A stretch of DNA of 64,000 nucleotides, from assembly GCF_036321535.1 (NCBI RefSeq), contig NC_087436.1, positions 51,894,001 through 51,958,000 of the forward strand, written 5' to 3'. Origin of the DNA: Camelus dromedarius (taxonomy: Eukaryota). This document shows positions 22,701-36,098 of this stretch, piece after piece. The translations under genes and the position numbers were made by a program. The notes under the pieces are model-generated. The model saw only the letters and a list, made by a program, of their open reading frames with translations, did not search any database and had not been told where the DNA came from. Each line of letters opens with the position of its first letter. Positions within the stretch are counted from its first letter, which is position 1.

Positions 22701-25523
22701 AATACCTGATTATGTTAACCCCGTATGTGGTGGTTGATGTCTTCCTGACTGAACCGTAGGAACTCTTTATAGTATGAAATTTTACCCTGACTGCATGAAT
22801 TTTGAAAATATCTCTAATATAGCATATATCACATTACACTGAACTTAAATTTAAGTCTCTACAGTTTATTACAATATAAGTTCTTGGGAGCAGGGAGAAC
22901 ATTTTTAATTCATATGTGTATTCTGCATGCTTGTCTGTGTTTGGTCTGTATCAAGTTGATGGAACTAAACTGAACAACTTAAAAATCCCAGCGATGTCTT
23001 CCATGGCTTTGTATTTACTTTACCTCTGCATGGAATACTGTTGCTCCTTGTTGTGTCCTTGTGTGTCAGACTTCCTTCTCTGATCCCCTCAGGCCTTTTG
23101 CACTTTGTACCCACAGGGTATCACAAACACTCACGACACAGTTTTCTCCTTAACTGTGTAATCTTCAAGGGCAAGGCTTTATCCATTTCATCTCCCCAGG
23201 CTTAGCATGATGCCTGGCGTATAATTCATCATGGTTCCCACCACCCCCTCAAGCAAACAAATTGACTGGAAAAGCTATTCTTGCTCGTCACAAAAGCATA
23301 ATGATATTGGCACTTCCTTTTTTTCTCCTCCAGTATTACTCTTTTATTAATGTAGCCCAAATTGGATTACTTTTTCTGGTACCCTTGATTTAATGGGATA
23401 CCTGACTTCCTTATCCCCCATCTCAGACATTTTCATATAAACCTATAATCCAGGTCTCCTTCACTCTGGATTTTGTAATTATTTTATACAGTTCTGAGCA
23501 CAAAAGTAACCCTTTTATTTATTCAACTTAATCTTGCTTACCTTGTTCTCTGGTTCTAGCCTTTTTTGCTCTTTTATTTAAACAAACAGATTCTTTTACC
23601 TCTTCTTTCTAGTTATTTGCCCCGATTTATGCCCTTAGTAGATTTGCCTAGGTCTTGATCTAAGCCTGGGAATGAGATGAATTTTTAGAACCAGTCAGTG
23701 TGGATGAGTGAGTTCACAAATCTTTATTTTAGATTCTGCATATGTAACATGGGAAAAAATCCCACCTGTGTTAATAAGAAGCTTGTGGCTTCTGTAGGAA
23801 AAAAAGGGAACTGCTTGACTAATTGTTGTCCTTGACTTTTTCCTTACTTGATTGTATTTTTCTGAAGCTGTACTTCAGAATGATAAATTTAAAAAAATGT
23901 CCAATGTCTTTGCCTACCCTGTAACTTATCTTACTGTTTTGTCATTTCAGAGAGTGGAAGGAATGAATGTTCCAAGAATAATGATTAGAGAGTTGGTGTG
24001 TTTATTAGTGGCATATGTTTTGTAATATATTATATCCCTTGATTCTGTTTGAGGAGAACACTTTGTTAACTTGTCAGCTACTTTGTTTCTTGCTCCAAGT
24101 AAGTAAATAATAAAGTGAGTTAATAGATTTTTGAGCTTTCTATTCTAAAAATGTTAATACCTAGTTTTATCCTTCTAATCACTCTGAGTCTAGGGAAGGT
24201 TCAGTATCCTTCCAAGGTCACACAGCCAGTCAGTGGTGGAGCAGATATTTGGACTCCAGATCCTGAACTTTTACCACCAGGACACTGAGTTGAAGTGCAC
24301 TCAAGGCTAAATATATTGGGTGGTATCAATGAATTGATAGAAAATTCTATCAAGGGATTAGGGATTTGTTTTTATATAAAATATTGTTGCTGCTGGAAAT
24401 CATTTTAGTGGAATATCGTTGGCATTTTTTGTGGGAGAAAAATGTAACTCTCTTGTGGGGCAAGGATGTCTGCATCCTTTTTAGAAATATGTAGCTGAGG
24501 CTGACAAACAATGGGACTGTTAGCCAGGCTTTACTTGACATCACTGACCTTCTCATGGTGTTACAAGACAAATCTAAAACATAGAAGTCTTAACCATGAA
24601 TTACATAGAGAAGGTACTTTTATTGGACCTGGAGTTTTCTCTCTAGGTTAAAACTATGAAGAAAAAAAAAAATCTGGTGCTGGCTGTTGTATCTACTGTT
24701 GGCCTTTGTTTTAGTCTCTGCTTCTTTATATTCATTTTCATATTTTTGTCTCTAAAGCAAATAAAGGAAGCCACACATAGCTAAAGTGAAAGCCACTTCA
24801 AGGAGACGTCACATGAAACATTTTGAGGAGGGAGTTATGTGGTTTCATCGTAGCATTTTAGATGCAGATGTGAATTGTTTTGAGATCAGAATTTTTCATG
24901 TACCAGTTGTTGCCATTCTGTACAATGACAAATGCTTAGGACTAGTCTAGTTGCACTTTTAAACTGATGATGTAATTCCTTAAAAGAAAAGGGTGATGAT
25001 TCAGATTCAGAATTCTAATGCTTCTCTGAGGCGGGTGATTAGAGAAATATATTTCTCTGTTCATATGATTGCTAAACACATTTCTGATCTAGCTGAACCT
25101 GGTTGGACTCACTGTAAGAAATCCTAAGGGGGAAATAGCTGCAGGTCACAGGCTCAGCTGGAATGGAAGACTGAGCACGCTGCCTCGATGCCCTCAGTGT
25201 AAATTCAGGGAGCTCTAATTTCGTACTGGAGCCTCTGGCTTTCCCTTGCTTTGTGGCTAATACCTCTGTATGTGGGAAAACTTCTTCCCTGCTGGGATCA
25301 GCTTGGGTTCATATTTTCTCTTCCTCTCCTTTTTTCCCCCTGTGACATTTTTGTGAACATTGGACTTCAAATATGACTTTTTTTGTATAGTTGTTTAAAG
25401 GTATTCATTAACACATGGAAGGTTATTCAAATTCATGAATAACCTTAATTCTTAAATAGGAGTACAGCTAGGGTATTTTACTGACAGTTCTTGGGTGTCA
25501 TTGTGTGTCATATCTATGAAATA

Positions 25524-25526
<3 letters not shown>

Positions 25527-25580
<54 letters not shown>
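25527..25580. repeat. (TA)27 microsatellite inside a 13-bp perfect inverted repeat
   Basis: Arms ctatgaaatacca (25514-25526) and tggtatttcatag (25587-25599). Confidence 0.95.
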
Positions 25581-25585
<5 letters not shown>

Positions 25586-27159
25586 GTGGTATTTCATAGC
25601 CTAAAAAAACAGAATATACATTACAACTTTCCTGCTGTGTGTGTTTATTTTAATCCTTGAGCCAGACCTTGCCTGAAATAAGCTTTACCTTTTAAGGAAA
25701 TTGATACTGAAATGATTATGCCTAGTGTTTATTATTGCACACATAGATAATTTGAATGTTATTAGGATAGGAAAAATATCAGGTAAGTCTGTATTCAGAT
25801 AGGAAAATATAAGTAGAATAACTAGTGACTAAGCATTCCATTCATTCCACATATGAGCTATATGAGAAATATGTAAGAAACATGCTTGAATACTGGTTTT
25901 TGTTTTGTTTTGTTTTGTTTTTTAATGTGGCTTTAACTTGTGTCTTAAGAGCAAAATTGTAAAGCAGAAGATCAACACAGAGTGTGCTTCTTTTGAGAAT
26001 TCCGCTAGAAAATACAACCTCTGAACTCACTTTACTGTTTTGCTCTTTCTTGAACTAATGAGGGAGGCTAGCAAATTTGTAGTGCATTCCAGGCTTTAGA
26101 ATTTTTTCTTATGAAAGAGAGGCATGCCTCTAGGAGTTTCAATCAGTGACAATATTTGATTAGAATTCAATTGGAATAGACATAAGTGAGACTTGATATG
26201 TCATTATTTCTATATATTCTTCAAAAAATGGAAATTGCATACATTGTTTACTATTTTAAATAAATTTTCCTCTTCACTCTTATGCTAAATTGTATATCGT
26301 GAGGTTATGCACTTTCCCTCTGTATAAGGTTTCCAACTACCAGGTTCTGTGAGTGATTTGATTTGTTTCCAGAATAATAGAATTGTATCCAATAATATAT
26401 ACTTTCAAATGATTGTGTAATTATATTGCAATTATGTTACAGATAATAAAGATACCATCTGCTCTTATTTGAACTTTTATCCTATGGAGAGAGAGCACCA
26501 GAAGTGATATTTTGCTTTTGATTATTTGGCATGTATTCAAGATATTACTTTCCTCTACACTGTTGTCCCCAGCTGCTATTCAGAGATTTTCATAAATGAA
26601 GGTAGTGAGTGGGAGAAAAAGCCATGTTATTTGTCTTCAGGGCAATAGTGTAGCAGCTAGAAGTGGTGTTTGTCTGTAAGTCACCCATAGTTGATTTGTG
26701 TTGTCATGCAAGAAACCTTTTTATGCATTTATCTCAGGACGTGGCATTCTGGAGAATTCATTTTATGCTACTTGTTGCTATTTATGATGAAATCTGGCCT
26801 AGAATGTTAAGAAAGAGGTAATAGAAAGGACTGAAATGTCAGGAGGATGACACATCATCTTCAATCTCTACAGATATACCTGTTTCTATTTTAGAAACAC
26901 TTTACCATTCTTTTTGCTTCTCTTTAAATTGGACCCTTTTGGACTACAATTGAATTTATCTTTATGTTGTGGTCTGCTTGGTGTCAGTTGTTTTTACAGT
27001 GCCCTTTCCATTAATCCCTGTGGTAAACTTTATCAGGTGGTTGGCATGGAAACCTGTTCTATGAAGAGTGGTCTGTGGATCAGAGAAGTTAACTAATTTG
27101 TTCATGATCACAGAGCTAATCAGGAATGAAGCTGAGGCTCAAAGAAGAACATTTAAAAA

Positions 27160-27520
27160 TTATTTTGAAAAATTTCAAACATACATAGAAGTTGAGAGGA
27201 GAGGGCCATGAACCCCTCGTATACTTAACTCACAGGTAATTATCCAGTTCTGATATCACTTCATTTGCTTAATGTGCTCCCTTCTTCTTAATGTTTTCTC
27301 TGTTGAAGTATTTTAAAGCAGATCTCAGATATTGTGTTATCAAATGTCAAAGTTTGTCTCTGGGGCAAATATTTTATCTCTATACCAAATGGTCTACGTA
27401 TGGGAGAGAATGTCATAATGGTAAGACTGTGAGCAAGTAAAAGCCATACTTTTCTAGAAAACAGTATATATATCTGCATTCAGTTTTCTTGATTTGGATA
27501 GTGATCATGCCAACTCCTTT
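27160..27520 (-). mobile_element. Old L1 (L1MC/L1ME-like) 3' fragment
   Basis: ttttgaaaaatttcaaacatacatagaagttgaga...tgaagtattttaaagcagatctcagatattgtg resembles the old L1 3' UTR in reverse. Confidence 0.6.
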
Positions 27521-27787
27521 GTTAATAAAATAGTAACAGAATAGCTAATACTGAGTACTGTTTCTGGGCCAGGAACAGCCCTCATGCTTCATGCATAGTA
27601 GCTCATTGGATTCACAGTAACCTTATATTCTATGATCATTGCTTGTGGCTTCAAGTTGCTTTTTAAAAATAAGTCTATCTTTACATAAAAGTGAAATATT
27701 CTACATCACCCTCAATTGTAATGTCTTGTCCACTCCCTCTCCGTTTTAATACTGATTATAATAATCTATTGCTGGAGGGACGGTAGG

Positions 27788-27952
27788 TTGCTGCTCAGAA
27801 GTGTAGTTCATAGAGCAGCAGGGTCAGCAGTGCCTGGGAGCGTTTTGGAAAGACAGAGTCTCAGGCCATAGTCTAGACCTTTTGAATCAGTCTGCATTTT
27901 AAATAAGATTCTCAAGTGATCTTCATGCACATTGAAGTTTGAGAAGCCCTGG
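27788..27952. mobile_element. MER5A (hAT-Charlie MITE)
   Basis: ctcagaagtgtagttc...agcagcagggtcagcagtgcctgggag...gaatcag...gtgatcttcatgcacattgaagtttgagaagccctg tracks the MER5A consensus. Confidence 0.8.
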
Positions 27953-27964
27953 GTAACATTTAAA

Positions 27965-28158
27965 CCGTACCTCCCAAGTATGGCTGCACATCCAATCACC
28001 TAGAGCACTTTTAAAGCTCCCAGTGCCTAGTTCTCCCCCTAACCAACTAAATTAGACTCTCTAGGTGAGGCTCCAACATCAGGTTTGTTTTTGTTTTTGT
28101 TTTGTTTTTTAAGTCTCCTTGGTGATTCTTAAATTTGGCCAGGCTTAAAAATGCACTG
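27965..28158. mobile_element. MER5B-like hAT-Charlie MITE directly adjacent to MER5A
   Basis: tggctgcacatccaatcacctag...ggtgattcttaaatttggccaggc...cactgg. Confidence 0.65.
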
Positions 28159-28781
28159 GTTTAGTAGGACTAGAGTTTATTTCCATTCTGTGTCAGCTAC
28201 TTAACTCTAAAGAAAACATTTCATCTTGTAAATCAGGTATTTAAAATGATGCTATCAACATAAATGAGAATTGAACATGAAAGAAATTCTGGGCTTACAC
28301 CTAATCTTTTTGGTGTGGTAATTCATTGATAATCCTATAGAAAATAATTCTCTTCTACGCAGGGCTGAACTTCCTCCCTGTTTTTATCCTTCCTTGGGAC
28401 TAGGGAATGAAGATGCTGCCAAAATTTATTGTCTGTTTTTTGTTCCATTCTTTCCTTCAGGTGAACTAGACAGAGGGAGGCCAGGTGATGTGGAATACCA
28501 AATGGATAAAAACTGGACTAAGAGTCATTAAATAAACTCATGAGATTACACTGGATAGGAGTCTAAGTATTTTAGTTTTGTTCTTAAGCTTGTTTTCCTG
28601 TGTGTACTGGGTATTTCCTTTTCTTAAAGTCAGTGGCTTTAATTCCATGCATATATTCTATTCATTCAACTGCAGTTACTGAGTGCTTAATAAATGCAGC
28701 CAAAGGAACAAAGTAGTTGATGGAAACCAAACAGTGCAGAGAAGTGCAGTATTTATGTGCCCCTTGCCCTGAGTTGCATAT

Positions 28782-29068
28782 GGTGGGGTGGTTTAGAGTC
28801 TGGGCTTTGGGGCCAACCTGCTTGCATTGAATCCTAGCTCTGCTGCTTATTTGCTGTGTGACCAGGGGCAAGTTAATTATGTCCCTGTTTTTTGTTTTGT
28901 TTTGTTTTTTATTTCTGTTCTTTAAGTCTGCAAAACAAGGTAATAATAGCACCTAGCTATAGAATTGTGTGGTGTTTAAATGAATTAATACATGTATAAA
29001 GTCTTTAGAAGAGTGCCGGGCACACAGTAGTGTTACGTAAGCATTTGCTGTTAGTATTACCATTATTA
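28782..29068 (+). mobile_element. Near full-length MIR SINE
   Basis: gtggtttagagtctgggctttggggcc...tgaatcctagctctgctgcttatttgctgtgtgaccaggggcaagtta...aaatgaattaatacatgtataaag...agtgccgggcacacagta. Confidence 0.85.
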
Positions 29069-32000
29069 AAATGTACATTCCTCAGAGAGAAAAGGTGGCT
29101 TATATATGAGAGTATAGAGCCTTAACCTAATGGTTTTAACATTTGAGAGGTTAATACAGGATTTTTGTTTGGGGAAATTGGGTACCTGATTAGACCGGAG
29201 ACACAGTATATGCAGACATATATATATATACTCTGACTCCATTTATTCCTTATTACATGTTGGGTAAGTGGGTTAATCAATCTACCCTTGACTGAAGAAG
29301 GGGGTCAGTAACACTTACAGTTAACCTTAGTTTGTTGAAGTACTTGATATTCCTTGAATAAGAGGCACTGAAGAAATTCTAATTTTAGTCTTTAAAATAA
29401 TTGCTTTCCCCAAAGCCCTGTGGTAGCACGTTTGAGTATTTTTAAAGCCATTTACTAGATTAGTAGCATTTTATAGTTTGGTTTCATTTGAGGAATGGCT
29501 TTAGACATAAAGGAAATGTGGCAGACAGATTAGGAGGCAAGCACAGTAGGCCTGAGTTATTGGAATGTTAGGACCATCCAATCTGGACACAGCAAAGACT
29601 GGAAGATTACATTTTAGCCCAGTGCCTTTATTTTACAGATCACAAAGTTGTGGCTGAAATGTGAAGATTTTCATGCTCTAAGGAGAAATGCATATTCTAT
29701 TTTTTACTTATTTTGGATACTTTTCTCACTAATTAAATACATGTTATGCACATGAATACATACACATGTCAAGCCTAGCAAAAATAATGTCATAGCAACA
29801 CTGAATTTTTTTTTACAATACAATATTTTTGTGTCCATTTTTATATCTCTTCAGAATTATGATATCAACAAAATATACTACTTCTTTATCACAGTGATTG
29901 CATGCATTTGGAATAAATATGGTGTCTATTTTTTTATGAGCAGGTTTAGGCATGTTTTGGTTGGCATAGAAAAAGATCTCTATGTGACAAGACTGACTAC
30001 TATTTATTTAACATTTAACCTGAAAGTCAAAATGTGTTCAAAAGAGCTCATTTAACAAGGGTTCTGGGTTAGAAGTATTAAAGGCAAATGAAACAAGGAT
30101 TTCTTATTCTTAATCAGGCTTGGGGGCAAGCACCAACCTTCTGCAGGGGGGAAATGACTATAAATGGTCTTTGCATTTAAGACACCCTCTGTCACAACAG
30201 CTGCCTTTCTGGTTGGCCTGTTTTTTCCCCTTTCTCTACAGTATTGCTGCTAGAAACATCTTTCTCTTAGCACTTGAACTCTGCCATTTGACTCTTCAGC
30301 TTTCTCTTGTTTTTTGCATGCAGTTAAATTTTCTTGCTCTTACCTTTGCAGCTTTGTGCAGCCTTAGTACCAAGCTGCTTGCCTTGTTTTTGTTTTGTTA
30401 TTCCCATCTTGGGGGCTTGTTCACTGGTACTCAGCATCCTTGGAAGAGTTCCCTCATTTCATGCAAGATGACAACAACAAATGAATCCTGCTCTTCCTCC
30501 TTTTTTTTTTTTTGTAGTTAGCTTTTTAGGGAAAAAATTTAGAGAAAGAACATTTTTTTAAAAATGTGCTCTCAACACTGAAGATGGAATGACACTCTCA
30601 CTGATGGACTCTGGTCCCTGTTCCTATTTTTAAGCCTTTAGGTTAAGGATTGCTTTTCCTTGCCTTAGAGATGTTACAGTGCATGACAGGGTAACAGCCA
30701 ACACTCATTTATCTATGAAATGCTCTTGTGTTTGTTTTTTTAAATAAATGTTTGTGGTTTCTGAACTATGACTATTTTTTTTAAAATGTAACTCTGTATG
30801 TCAGTTGTACTAAAGGACTTGTGTTTTTACTTTGTAATTTTGGTTAAAATACATAAAAAATAAACATGTCTGGTTGGTAACATAGTTGAGAAAACTGAAT
30901 CGCAGTTTTGGATTGCACAGATCACTGGTGGACATAGAAGCACAAATTATGTCTACTGTGTTGGGTAAGAGTCATTTGATAGCAAATAACATAAATCCCA
31001 TCAAAAATAGCCCGTCTTATAACTGTAAGTCCAAGGGATAGATTTGGCTTTAACCATACACGTGAAAAGGTGGGGTTCTCCTCTTTATCCCTTTGTGATC
31101 CTCTCCTCTTAGTTGGCTTTGCTCTCATACAGGCTTTTTCCATGTTGGAGCAGAGATACCTACCAGGAAACTCAGACTTATGTGGTTATTTCGCTAGAGT
31201 TCTCAGAATAGGCCTGATCTATTTACAAATTCATGGCAGTCTAATTACCAATTAGAATATTGCTTGTTGAACTCAAGATTAAAAAGACAGAATAACTGTG
31301 ATTATGCCCTGTTTTGGTCAAGTTCTTACAGCCTGAAACATTGTCCCTTTACTGTTAGATGTGTATTTCTTATAAGAAACACATTGAAATACTACATTGA
31401 AAAATACTCCATTGAAGCTGTTCTGTGGCTGTGCTCATCTGTTTTTAAAATATCGTCTTTCTTTAGCACCTCTACTGTTTTAATATCAATGTAATATGTA
31501 AGTGAACAATTTGGTTTTAATTGATTACATTTTAGGGTAGCTTATAGGCGATGCCTTCCTAATACTAATATCTAATTTCAAATGTAAACTCTTTTAATTG
31601 CAATTTGAGATAGGTTACTTCCAGATTTAAATATATATATACACACACTAGAAGTGTTGTGTGTGTAAACTCAGTAGTTTCCGTAGGGATACTATTTCCT
31701 GATCTTGATCTATATGTTTAATGATTCTTGGTAATTTTTTTGACCTGCTGTTCTGCTCACTGATTCTTGTAGAAAATGGGGCTTGCGTGGAGGGAATATA
31801 AGATACACACAGTATCTTACATATTCTTTACCGTTATTCTAGGGAAGTAGATGTTATCTCCATTTGAAAAGAGAAAATTGATAGAGAGGCCAAATGCACC
31901 CAACTTAGTCTGCTTAATATATTTGATACCATAAAGACAACTGTCCTTAAGAGTGTTTGCTGGATCACTTTGCCATACTTAGTGGGCTATTTTGAATTAA

Positions 32001-33914
32001 CATAGGTTTATTAATATAAGCTTATCCCATGGATGTTTAAACATATTCAGTAATTGATACCATTATACTTTTGTACTGAAACCCCCTCTAAATATCCCTG
32101 AACGAATTCTTAACTCAGATTTCTCACTAATTTGGGAAAATGTTTTTCTCCTTTAACCTGATCCTAGCTGAAAGAAACAAACTGCTGTCACATGACTATC
32201 AATTTTGTACTATCACTTAACCTACTGCTTATTTAAAATGGATGATTTCACATTTTAAAGGATTTAATGTGTTTAGTTTATTTCAATTAAGTAACATGGC
32301 TTGTCGTGAAATTTTTGTGTACTCCTGGGTAAGAGTAGTTAGTTCATACAACTTGTAGATGGTTTAGAAACTTACTGAAATTAGTGGACACTAAACAGAT
32401 GTTTATGGGTGTGAGTGGACCTTAAGTGGGGCATCTCCACTAATTTGTAGCTTTTCCTTGGAGATATGCCAAGCAGCTGAAAGTCAATAGTCAGACTATA
32501 ATCTTAGTCATTTTTAAAATAGCACATCACTAGCTTTTAAAAGTGATCATGTAATGTGTACCTCATTCTTTTTGGGGGCCACACATTATTGAAGGAAGGT
32601 CAGATAACTTTCTCATCTGTTCTTTTATTTTTTAAGCCAGGAAGCTTTTTTTTAATTAGATTAAACTCTTTGAGAGAGAATTCTTTGCTTTCGAAAGCTC
32701 AATAGCTCATAATTCTCTCAAGGAGTGCCTGCTTTGAAAATAATTTTTTTTCTCTTCATTATATTCTCATTTGCTGCTAGTTTAAATTTTTTTAAACTTT
32801 TTGGTTGAGAGGTTGTTTGTCCAGCAGAGGTAGACCAAGTCTACCTTAAAAGGTGTGGAAACCTGTGTAGAACAATTTAGGAATATAGAAGATTTGGAAA
32901 AAGATCCTCCAAAGTAGTTAATCATCTTGCTTTTCTTAGAATTTAACTCCTTTTGTGCAATGCATGCAAATGGTAATGTATTTTGGACAGAACTTTGGAG
33001 TATCAGAATTCCCTTGAATTTGTAATGCATTTTATGCACTTATTAAAAGTCGAGAATGCTGTCTGTATTAAGTTAGACTTAAGCATAAACTTTTGGACCC
33101 CAGCTTTAAGAAACCTATGAGATCTTAACCTCTTCCGTCCTTAGCTACAAAAGAATACTTTAATGATCTGTTGATGGAATACATTTACCATATTTCTGTT
33201 CTTAGTATCTACTGCCTACTTTTATGTTGGTACTATGTCCCTAATATACAGAGCAATCATTATAGTACTTATCATCTACAGCATATCTTTGTTAGTACTA
33301 TGTGCCTAACATACAGAGCAATTATTGCAGTCCTAAAATATAATTTTAATCAGCCTAGTAATTTTAATAAGGCTTCTAGATTAATGGTTTATTTCAAGGT
33401 TGGTTAGGTAAGGGTATGCCTTCTTATCAATTCGTCCTAAATCTAAGCACATTATTAATGAAGCCTATGTACTTACCAATTCCATGATTTCTCTCAAAAA
33501 TATTTTATTTTTTAAAGAAGAATACATATTTCTGTTTTCTTTCATGGGAAAATCATTTTTATTTTAAAAAATATAATTGAAGTTCCTTTTTTTAAAGTAT
33601 GATGTAAGCTTATTTAAAAGGAATAATTTAATTGGTATTGGGTTTTCTGGCCAGGCCTTTTATAAACAAATATTAGTAGGTTATTTGAATAGTGAACTTT
33701 TTCATACCATGTAACTGTTTAAATATTTCAGAATCCATTTCTTAAAAATAAAAATCCAATATTTATTCTAAAGTATTGCATGTATGCTATTATTTTTTGT
33801 GGGCAGTTTATTCTCCAAAATTGCTTTGGTGTGTTATTTACTACACTGCAACTATTTTTTTAGAAAATGAGAAACAACAATATACGACACATGTATCAAG
33901 TACTGTTTCAACCT

Positions 33915-34105
33915 ATTTTTCATGTGATAATTTATTTAATATTCAGAATAGCTCCAAGAGGTAGGTACTATTATTATTACCATTTTACAGATGAGGAAAC
34001 TGAGTCACAGAGAGAATAACTTGCGCAGGGTCGCACAGTTTGTAAGTGGTGACCTTGGGATCTTAACCCACAGACCATGGTTCCTGAGTCCACTGTTTAC
34101 TATTA
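33915..34105 (-). mobile_element. MIR SINE
   Basis: gaggtaggtactattattattaccattttacagatgaggaaactgag is the diagnostic MIR core in reverse. Confidence 0.9.
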
Positions 34106-35600
34106 TTCAGTATGTCTCTGAAAAGACTGTAAGATTGCTGAAACTGTCAAATGGATCATCAAGTAGACCAAATCTGCAAATATCCAGTCTATTAATAATG
34201 TTCTCTGATTTTGAAAAAGTGGGCAAGTAATATTGTCAGATCCAAATATTGGCTATGACACGTAATACCATTTTATCATATGTATTTTGATATGACATTA
34301 TTTCTATTTCTGTATTTAATTTTGAGCTTCATTTTAATCATGATTCTAAAGAATGATGAAATGTACTAAAACAACAGAACAGAACCATGTAAAGAGAGTT
34401 TGAAGAGGCAGGGCATATTTAGTCTAACATTTAAGATTGTGGGGTGGTAAAGAAATTCATTTGTCTGATATCTTCTCACAAATACATGAAATTGAAGGAA
34501 AAAATCTACTGTCTTGATTATGGATTGAATTAGTAGAAATCACATCACATTACCATGGGAGAAACTGAAAGGTTTCACGTGTGTGTGTGCACGTGTGTGT
34601 ATGTGTGTATGTGTTGGAAGTGCTGAGACGAGGAGCCCCAAGATGGTTTTTAAGCGATGACATGTGACTTGATTTTATTTTGCTGAGGACTATTTGTCTA
34701 GCTTTGTCTAGCTGCATGCAGTCAGATGGATTTTAGACAGTGGTTATGGGAAGTTGGAAAGCTTTTTAGAGAGAGGAGATGAGAACTGAGGGTAGAGTAA
34801 ATGCCAGGAGGGTTGGAACATTGGCGAAAAAATATTTAAAGAGAATTTCAAGGACATTTGCTTTGTTGTGTGTGAAATGACTCCCTCCTCTAACTTTCCA
34901 AAAAAACTTATGAAAGAAAAATCACCTTTTTTGGTTCTTGTTTTTGAAATTATGTTTGTGTTTTTCTCAATGCCTCGTCATGAAGGACTGACTTCCAGTA
35001 GAAAAGACTGTATTGTGTAATGTAGGTGACAGCGGGGACCAAGAAAACCTGCTTACATTCAAGTTACAAGTTTTTAAATACTAATGTAACTATCACATAT
35101 GTGAGGATAGTTGTAAATTTACGTAAATAATTAGGGCTAGGTTAATTATTGAAGCACCTTTCAGATTTGATTCTTTATCACCGTTTGCATTTTTTTCCTG
35201 TGTTCTCTATTTGGTTATTCGTTCATAACCTTCTGAATATTAGAAAAGTTTTAGAAGATAAATGGCCATTTAAAGTCTTTGGCACCCCAATTGGTAGAAT
35301 TTGTCTTCTAACTCAGTGCCCTGTATTCTAACCTTAAAAAAGATCATCAGTTATAAAACAAATCTCACTTGATTTTGTCTGATAGATCCAGTGATTCTTT
35401 ACAATGTAAATATTGAAAATAACTTCCACAAATGTAAAATCATCACATTTATTCATTTGATTGCCTATAATGAGATGAATCCAGTGAGGAAATATATTCC
35501 ACCGAGGAAATAACACTGGGTCTGTCAGTCTCAATTATCTCTGATCCGCTTGAAAATTTTGATAATATAATGAATAAATCAGAGATCATATACAAATTTC

Positions 35601-36098
35601 TATGGCAAGTTCATCTAGTTGCCTCCAAATATCCATCCTTACCTTCCATTTTAGTAATAATAAAAATCAGATTTTCAGCTCAGCATCTTGCTACCCAGTC
35701 AGAAAACCTACATTTCCCTGCTTCCTTTATAGCTAAGTGAGTGCACGTGACTTAGTTCTATTTATTGGGGAAAAGTTGAAGTACTGAGTGTTACTTTGAG
35801 ACATGTCCTTAAAAAGGAAGGATAACACACTTCTTTTTCTGATTCGTGGAACACAGATATGACGGCTGGAGCTCTGACAGCTGTTTTGGATCATGAGGAT
35901 AAGAATCCCACTCTGGAGAATATGGAGTAGTCAGCTAAAATGAGTATGAGTCCTTGATTACTTTGTGGAATTGCCATACTAAATTTGGATTACCCACCTT
36001 GACTTATTTTCCATGAAAGAGAATTAAAATTCACCTTATTTAAGCCAGTGTTATTTTGGGTTTATCATATGTAGCTGAATCTAATTCTAGCAGATATA
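35601..36098 (+). mobile_element. Near full-length MLT1 (I/J/K-like) solo LTR
   Basis: tatggcaag start, ctacatttccctgcttcc...cacgtgacttagttct, gatatgacggctggagctctgacagctgttttggatcatgag, and ttatttaagccagtgttattttgggt...gtagctgaatctaattctagcagata end. Confidence 0.8.
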
